This document shows, one piece after another, positions 1 through 8,566 of a stretch of DNA of 64,000 bases. Source of the stretch: Desulfatiglandales bacterium (lineage in GTDB: Bacteria; Desulfobacterota; DSM-4660; Desulfatiglandales; Desulfatiglandaceae); assembly GCA_963662465.1 (NCBI GenBank), contig OY759599.1:4864001-4928000 (forward strand). Direction: 5' to 3'. Numbering within the stretch: the first letter of the stretch is position 1; each line of letters opens with the position of its first letter. The notes below the pieces were generated by a model. It saw only the letters and a program-made list of their open reading frames with translations. It did not search any database and was not told where the DNA came from. The translations under genes and the position numbers were made by a program.

Positions 1-5
1 CAAGC

Positions 6-2042
6 ATGGCGGAAAAAGAAAGTGTGGAAACTTCTGAAGCGCAGATTGCTGTTCACTGGCAGGACGAGGGTTACTACTATCCTTCAACGAAATTCATTGC
101 CCAGGCCAACATGACGGACGAAACGATTTATGAACGGTTCAGCCTGGATAATTTTCCCAACTGCTTCAAGGAATATGCGGACCTCCTGGAATGGTATGAG
201 TACTGGCATACTATCCTTGATACCAGTGATGCGCCTTGTTGGAAATGGTTCGTCGGCGGCAAGATCAATGCAAGTTACAACTGCATTGACCGGCATCTCA
301 AAAATCATAAAAATAAGACTGCCATCCACTTCGTTCCGGAACTGGAGAATGAGAAAATTGAGCATATTACCTACCAGGAACTGTATGTGCGGGTAAATGA
401 GTTTGCCGCCATTCTCAGAGACTTCGCCGGACTCAAAAAAGGGGACCGGGTAACGCTTCACATGCCCATGTGTGCGGAGCTGCCCATCACCATGCTGGCC
501 TGTGCCCGCTTAGGCATTATTCATTCGGAAGTATTCGGTGGATTCAGCGGTCGCGCCTGCGCAGACAGGATTGTGGATTCCCAGAGCAATGTTCTGATCA
601 CCATCGACGGCTATTACCGCGGCGGCAAGCTTTTGGATCACAAACAGAATGCCGACATCGCCCTCAAACTGGCGAAAGCGGACGGCCAGATTGTGGATAA
701 GGTTCTGGTGTGGCAACGCTATCCGGGGAAAAATTCAAGCCCCACGCCGATGGTTGAAAACCGCGACTATTTTGTCAATGACCTGCTAAAAGATTATTAC
801 GGCGCAAGGGTGGCGCCGGTGCCCATTCCCGCGGAAGATCCCCTGTTTTTGATGTATACCAGCGGTACCACGGGGAAACCGAAAGGGTGTCAACACAGCA
901 CGGGAGGGTATCTTGCGTATGTGACCGGAACATCAAAATATATTTTGGATATTCACCCCGAGGACGTGTACTGGTGTATGGCGGATATCGGCTGGATAAC
1001 AGGTCATTCCTATATTGTTTACGGACCTCTTTCACTTGGGGCCTCGACCGTTATCTATGAGGGCGTTCCCACTTACCCCGATGCCGGCAGGTCGTGGCGA
1101 ATTGCTCAGGAATTGGACATCAATATTTTCCATACGGCGCCTACGGCTATCCGGGCACTGCGAAAGCTCGGACCGGACGAACCCGCCAAATATAAGTATC
1201 ACTTCAAGCACATGACCACCGTTGGGGAGCCTATCGAACCCGAAGTGTGGAAATGGTACCACAAGGAGGTGGGCAAGGGCGAGGCCATCATTGTCGATAC
1301 CTGGTGGCAGACGGAAACCGGTGGATTTCTCTGCAGCACCGTGCCGGGCATAACCCCCATGAAACCCGGTAGCGCCGGCCCCGCCGTTCCGGGGATTCAT
1401 CCGGTGATTTACGATGAGGAAGGGGATATCCTTGCAGCCGGATCCGGAAAAGCAGGAAACATTTGTATTCAGAATCCCTGGCCGGGGGCCTTTCAAACCA
1501 TCTGGGGTGACCGGGACCGGTTTGTGAGTACCTATTACGCCAGGTACTGTAAGGATCCGGACAGCAAAGACTGGCGCGACTGGCCTTATCTGACGGGGGA
1601 TGCCGCGGTCCAGGCCGAGGACGGCTATTATCGAATCCTGGGAAGAATCGATGACGTAATCAATGTGTCGGGTCATCGACTCGGCACCAAAGAAATTGAA
1701 TCCGCGGCAATGGTTTGCCCTGAAGTGGCGGAGGCCGCCGTGGTTCCCGTGGCCCATGACATCAAGGGCAAGGAACCGGATCTGTATATCGCTTTAAAAC
1801 CCGGCATCGAGCCATCCGATGCCCTGGCCAAAAAGATTTCCGATACCATTTGCGATGAAATCGGAAAGATCGCAAAGCCGAGATGTGTATGGCTGGTGAA
1901 AGATATGCCCAAGACCCGTTCAGGAAAAATCATGCGAAGGGTACTGGCGTCCATCTCCAATGACAAGGATGTGGGCGATGTTACCACCCTCGCCAATCCG
2001 GAGATCGTAACGGAAATCCAGGAGATGCTGAAAAAAAAGTAA
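6..2042 (+). CDS. acs: acetate--CoA ligase (acetyl-CoA synthetase)
   Basis: AMP-binding motif YTSGTTGKPKG, DTWWQTETGG, C-terminal PKTRSGKIMRR acetylation-site motif. Confidence 0.95.
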   Translation: MAEKESVETSEAQIAVHWQDEGYYYPSTKFIAQANMTDETIYERFSLDNFPNCFKEYADLLEWYEYWHTILDTSDAPCWKWFVGGKINASYNCIDRHLKNHKNKTAIHFVPELENEKIEHITYQELYVRVNEFAAILRDFAGLKKGDRVTLHMPMCAELPITMLACARLGIIHSEVFGGFSGRACADRIVDSQSNVLITIDGYYRGGKLLDHKQNADIALKLAKADGQIVDKVLVWQRYPGKNSSPTPMVENRDYFVNDLLKDYYGARVAPVPIPAEDPLFLMYTSGTTGKPKGCQHSTGGYLAYVTGTSKYILDIHPEDVYWCMADIGWITGHSYIVYGPLSLGASTVIYEGVPTYPDAGRSWRIAQELDINIFHTAPTAIRALRKLGPDEPAKYKYHFKHMTTVGEPIEPEVWKWYHKEVGKGEAIIVDTWWQTETGGFLCSTVPGITPMKPGSAGPAVPGIHPVIYDEEGDILAAGSGKAGNICIQNPWPGAFQTIWGDRDRFVSTYYARYCKDPDSKDWRDWPYLTGDAAVQAEDGYYRILGRIDDVINVSGHRLGTKEIESAAMVCPEVAEAAVVPVAHDIKGKEPDLYIALKPGIEPSDALAKKISDTICDEIGKIAKPRCVWLVKDMPKTRSGKIMRRVLASISNDKDVGDVTTLANPEIVTEIQEMLKKK

Positions 2043-2077
2043 GCTTCGTATGAAACTTCATGGAAAGGAAGGGGCCT

Positions 2078-3988
2078 ATGACCAACGGATATCTTGCGCA
2101 ATATAAACAGTCAATTGAGGATCCCAATGGCTTCTGGAGCGTACCGGCGGAGGATTGTCATTGGTATAAAAAATGGGACAGGGTTTTAGACGATTCAAAC
2201 AAACCATTTTACAGATGGTTTACAGGCGGAATGCTCAATACCTGTTACAATGCCCTTGACCGTCATATGGGAAACGGCATCGGGGATCAAACCGCCCTTA
2301 TTTACGACAGCCCGGTTACCGACACCATCAAAAAATTCACCTACCGTCAACTTAGAGATGAAGTTGCCCGGTTTGCCGGGGTTCTTTCGTCCAAAGGCGT
2401 TCAAAAGGGAGATCGCGTCCTTTTGTATGTGCCCATGGTTCCGGAGGCGGCCATTGCCATGCTGGCCTGTGCTCGGCTTGGCGCGGTTCATTCCGTGGTT
2501 TTCGGTGGATTTGCCTCTAAGGAACTGGCCATTCGAATCAATGACGCAAAACCGAAAGTCATCGTTTCCGCATCCTGCGGAATTGAAGGATCAAGGGTCA
2601 TTGCGTACAAACCGCTCCTCGAAGAGGCGCTGAATATTGCGGATGCAAAACCGGAGGCCTGCATCATCCTGCAGAGACCCCAGGAAACCGCTTCCATGAC
2701 AGCAGAGTTCGACTACGACTGGCATGAGGAGATGAAAAAAGCGACGCCGGCAGATTGTGTCCCGGTAGCCGCCACGGATCCCCTGTACATCCTGTACACA
2801 TCCGGCACCACCGGTATTCCCAAGGGCGTTGTTCGGGATAATGGCGGGCATATGGTTGCCCTGAAATGGACCATGGGCGCCGTTTACAATCTACAGCAGG
2901 GAGATGTTTTCTGGACTGCTTCGGATGTGGGTTGGGTTGTTGGACATTCCTACATCGTTTACGGCCCCTTGCTCAAAGGATGCACCACCGTACTTTTCGA
3001 AGGCAAACCCGTCGGCACGCCCGATGCGGGTGTATTTTGGCGCGTCATAAACGAACATAAGGTCAAAACCATGTTTACCGCCCCCACCGCATTTCGCGCC
3101 ATCAAGCGGGAGGACCCTGAAGGCAAGTTAATTGAGAATTATGACCTGTCAAACTTCAAAGCGTTGTTTTTGGCAGGGGAAAGGTTGGATCCCGATACGT
3201 TGCACTGGGCCGAAAATAAGCTGAAGGTCCCGGTCATCGATCACTGGTGGCAGACGGAAACCGGCTGGGCCATTGCGGCCAACTGTCTTGGCATCGAGCA
3301 GTTTCCCGTGAAGCAGGGATCTCCCACAAAGGCGGCGCCCGGCTGGAACATCCAGGTGGTTGATCCCAACTGTGAACAGGTGGCGCCGGGGAAAATCGGG
3401 GCCCTGGTGGTAAAACTGCCGCTTCCTCCGGGAACGCTGCCCACCCTCTGGAACAATGATAAAGGCTTTATCAAGTCTTATTTGGAAGAATTTCCAGGGT
3501 ACTATAAAACAGCGGATGCCGGATACATTGATGAGGATGGCTACGTATTCGTCATGTCGCGGACCGACGACATCATCAACGTGGCTGGACACAGGTTGTC
3601 CACGGGCGGCATGGAGGAGGTCCTTGCGGACCACCCGGACGTGGCGGAATGTGCGGTGCTGGGGGTTGAAGATAAACTCAAAGGGCAAACCCCCATCGGT
3701 TTTCTGGTTCTCAATGCCGGGGTGACGCGGGACCCTGAAGAAATCGAAAAAGAAGTGATTCAGATGGTCCGACAACGCATTGGTCCCGTAGCCTCGTTTA
3801 AAATCGCCACCATCGTAAAACGCCTGCCCAAAACAAGATCCGGGAAGATATTAAGAGGCGCCATGCGAAAGATCGCGGACAATGAAACCTTTCAGATGCC
3901 GGCGACCATTGATGATCCGGCCATTTTGAAGGAAATCGAAGAAGCACTCGTTCATAAAGGGTATGCAGGAGCAAAAAAAGATCGATAA
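2078..3988 (+). CDS. prpE: propionyl-CoA synthetase (ACSS3/PrpE-like acyl-CoA synthetase)
   Basis: YTSGTTGIPKGVVRDNGGH, IDHWWQTETGW, PKTRSGKILR; start moved to ATG 2078 after a purine-rich RBS-like stretch. Confidence 0.85.
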   Translation: MTNGYLAQYKQSIEDPNGFWSVPAEDCHWYKKWDRVLDDSNKPFYRWFTGGMLNTCYNALDRHMGNGIGDQTALIYDSPVTDTIKKFTYRQLRDEVARFAGVLSSKGVQKGDRVLLYVPMVPEAAIAMLACARLGAVHSVVFGGFASKELAIRINDAKPKVIVSASCGIEGSRVIAYKPLLEEALNIADAKPEACIILQRPQETASMTAEFDYDWHEEMKKATPADCVPVAATDPLYILYTSGTTGIPKGVVRDNGGHMVALKWTMGAVYNLQQGDVFWTASDVGWVVGHSYIVYGPLLKGCTTVLFEGKPVGTPDAGVFWRVINEHKVKTMFTAPTAFRAIKREDPEGKLIENYDLSNFKALFLAGERLDPDTLHWAENKLKVPVIDHWWQTETGWAIAANCLGIEQFPVKQGSPTKAAPGWNIQVVDPNCEQVAPGKIGALVVKLPLPPGTLPTLWNNDKGFIKSYLEEFPGYYKTADAGYIDEDGYVFVMSRTDDIINVAGHRLSTGGMEEVLADHPDVAECAVLGVEDKLKGQTPIGFLVLNAGVTRDPEEIEKEVIQMVRQRIGPVASFKIATIVKRLPKTRSGKILRGAMRKIADNETFQMPATIDDPAILKEIEEALVHKGYAGAKKDR

Positions 3989-4095
3989 AAGTTATCATCA
4001 TGACCAATGGAAAGGGGGGATGCATAAGAAATACACAAAAGGTACGATGGCCAAGAAATCCAATTAAAACGAACTTTTAATTAGGAGGATAGATT

Positions 4096-4344
4096 ATGAC
4101 TAACGGTGAAGCGTACTGGCAGAAAAACCTCAAACTTATGGTTGGCTGTTTAATCGTTTGGTTCGTTGTTTCATTCGGGTTCGGCATCTTCCTGGTTCAT
4201 CCACTTAACAATATTATGCTCGCCGGCTATCCGCTGGGATTCTGGTTTGCGCAACAGGGGTCCATGTATATCTTCGTAATCCTGATTTTTTTCTACGCCA
4301 ATACGATGTCAAAATATGACCGTGAATTCGGGATGGAGGAATAA
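4096..4344 (+). CDS. DUF4212 family small membrane subunit of solute:sodium symporter
   Basis: two TM segments, GYPLGFWFAQQGS motif, AGGAGG RBS, directly upstream of an SSS transporter. Confidence 0.85.
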   Translation: MTNGEAYWQKNLKLMVGCLIVWFVVSFGFGIFLVHPLNNIMLAGYPLGFWFAQQGSMYIFVILIFFYANTMSKYDREFGMEE

Positions 4345-4346
4345 TC

Positions 4347-6128
4347 ATGACCCTGCAAGCCACCACTTATCTCGTTGTCGGATTAACCTTTTGTGTTTAC
4401 ATCGCCATCGCCATCATTGCTCGAGCAAAAAGCACGTCGGATTTCTATGTTGCCGGCAAGGGCATTCATCCGGTGCTCAATGGCATGGCCACGGGCGCTG
4501 ACTGGATGTCGGCGGCATCCTTTATTTCCATGGCGGGTCTGATCGCCTTTATGGGATATGATGCCTGCGTCTATCTCATGGGATGGACAGGCGGCTACGT
4601 ACTCCTTGCCATGATGCTGGCGCCATACTTACGTAAATTCGGAAAATTCACCGTACCGGAGTTTATCGGCGATCGGTACTATTCTCATGCGGCTCGACTC
4701 ACCGCGGTTATCTGCCTGATTATCTGCTCCATCACCTACGTTATCGGGCAGATGAAGGGGATTGGCGTTGCCTTTTCCCGGTTTCTCGAGGTGGAATTTG
4801 CAACGGGCCTTTACTGCGGCATGGGCATCGTGTTTGTTTATGCGGTCCTTGGGGGAATGAAAGGCATTACCTATACCCAGATTGCCCAGTACTGCGTACT
4901 GATCTTCGCCTATACGGTGCCCGCGGTCTTCATCGGCCTTCAGTTGACGGGAAACCCGGTTCCGCAGCTTGCCCTGGGTAGCCACATGTCCGATGGCAGC
5001 GGCATGTATCTGCTCGCAAAGTTGAATTCCATCTGCGTTGATCTTGGTTTTGCCGAATACACGGCCCAGAAGTGGTCAACCTGGAACATATTCCTGTTGA
5101 CCATCTCTCTGATGGTCGGTACAGCAGGACTCCCCCATGTGATCATCCGTTTCTTTACGGTGCCGAAGGTTCGTGATGCCCGTTTTTCAACGGGCTGGGC
5201 CCTGGTGTTTATCTCCCTGCTGTACACCACCGCCCCCGCGGTGGGCGCCATGGCGCGTACCAACCTCATGAATACCTTTCAGATCGGGCCGGTAGGCTCC
5301 CCCACGGGCAATCTGCTCTACGCAGACAGGCCCACCTGGTTCACCAACTGGGAAAAAACCGGACTGCTCAAGTGGGTGGACAAAAACGGGGACGGCAGAA
5401 TTCAGTATTACAACGATAAGAACAAGGCCTTTGACAAAAAAGCCGCATCATACGGGTGGAAAGGCAACGAGATGGTAAAGGTGGACAGGGATATCATGGT
5501 GCTGGCCAATCCGGAAATCGCCAACCTGCCCTTCTGGGTGATTGCCCTTGTTGCCGCGGGTGGTATTGCGGCGGCCCTTTCAACGGCTGCCGGCCTCCTG
5601 CTGGCGATCGCCTCCGCCATCTCCCATGATCTGTTGAAAAGTGTTTTCATGAAGCACATCAATGAAAAACAGGAACTGATGGCAAGCCGCATCGCCATGG
5701 CCTTCGCCATTGTTGTGGCCGGGATCCTGGGTCTGCATCCGCCCGGATTCGCGGCACAGGTGGTGGCCCTGGCCTTTGGTCTGGCCGCCTCGTCCATCTT
5801 TCCGGCATTGATGATGGGCATTTTCTCCAAAAAAGTCAATCGAACAGGCGCCATCGCCGGCATGCTCACCGGTATCGGCTCCACTCTCCTTTACATCTTT
5901 TTGTACAAGGGATGGTTCTTCATCGCGGGCACGGCGCCCCTGGTCGACAATGCGAGCGGCTGGATCCTGGGCATTAACCCCCAGGCCTTTGGCGCCGTGG
6001 GCGCTGTTTTGAATTTCGTGGTGGCCTTCGCGGTATCCAGCATGACGGAACCGGTACCGGATCATATCCAGCATCTCGTGGAAGATATCCGAGTTCCCAA
6101 GGGTGCGGGAACTGCTGTAAGTCACTGA
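4347..6128 (+). CDS. actP: cation/acetate symporter (SSS family, ActP-like)
   Basis: NGMATGADWMSAASF, GGMKGITYTQ, GLPHVIIRFFTV; many TM helices; adjacent to acs. Confidence 0.85.
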   Translation: MTLQATTYLVVGLTFCVYIAIAIIARAKSTSDFYVAGKGIHPVLNGMATGADWMSAASFISMAGLIAFMGYDACVYLMGWTGGYVLLAMMLAPYLRKFGKFTVPEFIGDRYYSHAARLTAVICLIICSITYVIGQMKGIGVAFSRFLEVEFATGLYCGMGIVFVYAVLGGMKGITYTQIAQYCVLIFAYTVPAVFIGLQLTGNPVPQLALGSHMSDGSGMYLLAKLNSICVDLGFAEYTAQKWSTWNIFLLTISLMVGTAGLPHVIIRFFTVPKVRDARFSTGWALVFISLLYTTAPAVGAMARTNLMNTFQIGPVGSPTGNLLYADRPTWFTNWEKTGLLKWVDKNGDGRIQYYNDKNKAFDKKAASYGWKGNEMVKVDRDIMVLANPEIANLPFWVIALVAAGGIAAALSTAAGLLLAIASAISHDLLKSVFMKHINEKQELMASRIAMAFAIVVAGILGLHPPGFAAQVVALAFGLAASSIFPALMMGIFSKKVNRTGAIAGMLTGIGSTLLYIFLYKGWFFIAGTAPLVDNASGWILGINPQAFGAVGAVLNFVVAFAVSSMTEPVPDHIQHLVEDIRVPKGAGTAVSH

Positions 6129-6151
6129 TTTAGAAAACCTGGTTAAACAGC

Positions 6152-6184
6152 GGTGTGCCTGCCCCGGCAGGCACACCATTTTTT
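6152..6184 (+). terminator. intrinsic terminator
   Basis: GGTGTGCCTGCC-cc-GGCAGGCACACC hairpin followed by ATTTTTT just after actP. Confidence 0.75.
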
Positions 6185-6210
6185 AATGATGAGGATTAGA
6201 ATCGTTTAAC

Positions 6211-8556
6211 ATGACTTCTGAAAAGCATTCCGATAACAACACGTGTTCCTTCATATCCCACACCCCTGTATTTGCTTCTCTACCGGCGAAGGAACTTCAG
6301 CATTTATGCGAAAATTCAACAAAAGAACAGTACCCGAAAGGTTTTATCCTGTGTCGGCAGGATGACGCCTCCCTTGAAAAGGTCTATATTATCGAAAGTG
6401 GATGCTTGGAACTGTATTTCGATGAAGGCGGGGAAAAGCGACTGCGGGGAACGCTCCGCGAGGGAGATGTTTTCGGCGGCATCGCTATTTTGATGAACGG
6501 GGGGAAGTCGGTCAGAACCGTCATGGTGCAGAACGATGTCGCCCTTTATGTGCTGAGCAAAGAGATTTTTATCGATATCTGCACCAGATACCCGTCATTT
6601 TACACCTTTTTCGTGGAAACCTTTCACGGTCGAATGCTCGAAAAATCCTATGCCGCCATTTTCCAGACAAGCCAGGTTGGTCATTTCCTCTCTGGAATCG
6701 CGCCTTTTACCTTTCTTCCCGAGGATGTTTTGAAGGAAATTTTAAGAGAGTTTTCCCTTGTTCATTATTCCGGGGGCACCCGGCTTTTTTACCAGGGAAA
6801 ATCGAAGGTCGAGTCCCTTTATATCATCCAAAAAGGCGCGGCTGAACGTTACTACGAGGAGGGTGAAAAAAAGATATTGCGCGGAATGCTGGGAGAAGGG
6901 GACATGTATGGCGGGATTAGCATGTTGATCAACAACGGCATATCCATCCGCTCTATCCGGATTCTCGAAAACACCTATTTTTACATCCTTCCAAAAGCGG
7001 TCTTTTTGAAACTCTGCGGTGAACATGAAGCCTTTGCGGAATATTTTACGGATGCCTTTGGGAAAAAAATGATGGACAGGTCTTATGCCGCCATCATCAA
7101 GAACCACGCCAACGCCGTTGATTCAGAAACACAGTTTTTTAACCTGCAGGTGGAAAATATTTTTCACAAAGATATTCTTTCCTGCGGTGAAAATACCACC
7201 ATTCAAAAGGCAGCATCGCTTATGAGCGATGAGAAGTGCAGTTCCATCTTTATAAAAAACCTGGAAGGGGATTATACCGGTGTTGTCACGGATACGGATC
7301 TTCGAAAAAAAGTGATCGCAAAAGGGCATGACATTACCGCCCCCATAGCAGACATCATGAGTTCCCCCCTGCGCAGCGTTCAGATGGATTCAATGGTATC
7401 GGAAGCGTTGCTGGAAATGATGGAGACCAACCTCAAACACCTTGCCGTCAGGGATCGGCAAAGCAAGGTTGTGGGAATTGTCACCAACAGGGATCTGCTC
7501 ACAGCTCAGGAACAGTCTCCGTTTTTTATCGTTCGGGAACTCGCTTCGGCCTCCGGTATGGATGAGATTATTGATAAGCAAACAAGAATGCCGCGGTTGA
7601 TTCAGAATATGATCAACAACGGCGCAAAAGCCAAGACCATTACCCGGCTGATCAGTTCCATATCCGATGCTATCCTGGAGAAACTGATCGGATTTGCCCT
7701 CAAGGAATTGGGACCGGCGCCCACTGAATTTGTTTTCCTGATCATGGGCAGCGAAGGAAGAAACGAGCAGACACTGAAAACGGACCAGGACAATGCCATC
7801 ATTTATGCGGATGTCGGCAAAGCCGAATCCAGTGCCGCAAAGGCGTATTTTCTGGAACTCGGGGAACGGGTCTGCACATGGCTTGATCAGGCCGGATACG
7901 ATTTCTGCAAAGGGGAAATCATGGCAAAAAACCCTAAATGGTGTCAACCGCTTTCCATGTGGAAACGGTATTTTTATTCATGGATTCGTGTTTCAACGCC
8001 GAAAGATCTGATGCAATCCAACATATTTTTCGATTTGAGAGGCGGGTGTGGAAATATCGAACTCGTTGACGAATTACGGCTGTTTCTGTTTGAATCTCTG
8101 GAGGGCTGGACAAGATTTTTCAGGGATCTTGCCGTCAACGCCCTTGGCTTCAAACCCCCTTTAGGATTTTTCAGAAATTTTGTCGTGGAATCCAAAGGCG
8201 AACACCGCAACAAACTTGACATCAAAAAATCCATGACGCCCATTGTGGATATTGCGAGAATTTACGCACTCAATCATAACATCTCCGAAACCAATACCCA
8301 GGAAAGGCTGTATCGCCTTTACCTGGAAAAAGTGCTGAACGAAGAAACGTATAACGATCTCAATCAGGCCTACAGTTATCTGATGCATCAAAGATTGAGC
8401 TGTCAGATCAAAAACATCCTGGACGGAAAAAAACCGAATAACTATATCGATCCCAGCAAACTTTCACGCATGGACCAGACCATGCTCAAAGAAATATTCA
8501 AACGAATTGAGGGCATGCAAACCAAGTTGCGCCTGGATTTTACAGGTGCGGCGTAA
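6211..8556 (+). CDS. cNMP-binding (x2) / CBS-pair / DUF294 nucleotidyltransferase-like signal transduction protein
   Basis: two related cNMP-like domains (GDVFGG, GDMYGG), CBS pair (GVVTDTDLR, GIVTNRDL), MGSEGRNEQTLKTDQDNA nucleotidyltransferase motif. Confidence 0.85.
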   Translation: MTSEKHSDNNTCSFISHTPVFASLPAKELQHLCENSTKEQYPKGFILCRQDDASLEKVYIIESGCLELYFDEGGEKRLRGTLREGDVFGGIAILMNGGKSVRTVMVQNDVALYVLSKEIFIDICTRYPSFYTFFVETFHGRMLEKSYAAIFQTSQVGHFLSGIAPFTFLPEDVLKEILREFSLVHYSGGTRLFYQGKSKVESLYIIQKGAAERYYEEGEKKILRGMLGEGDMYGGISMLINNGISIRSIRILENTYFYILPKAVFLKLCGEHEAFAEYFTDAFGKKMMDRSYAAIIKNHANAVDSETQFFNLQVENIFHKDILSCGENTTIQKAASLMSDEKCSSIFIKNLEGDYTGVVTDTDLRKKVIAKGHDITAPIADIMSSPLRSVQMDSMVSEALLEMMETNLKHLAVRDRQSKVVGIVTNRDLLTAQEQSPFFIVRELASASGMDEIIDKQTRMPRLIQNMINNGAKAKTITRLISSISDAILEKLIGFALKELGPAPTEFVFLIMGSEGRNEQTLKTDQDNAIIYADVGKAESSAAKAYFLELGERVCTWLDQAGYDFCKGEIMAKNPKWCQPLSMWKRYFYSWIRVSTPKDLMQSNIFFDLRGGCGNIELVDELRLFLFESLEGWTRFFRDLAVNALGFKPPLGFFRNFVVESKGEHRNKLDIKKSMTPIVDIARIYALNHNISETNTQERLYRLYLEKVLNEETYNDLNQAYSYLMHQRLSCQIKNILDGKKPNNYIDPSKLSRMDQTMLKEIFKRIEGMQTKLRLDFTGAA

Positions 8557-8566
8557 TCCCGGGTTT

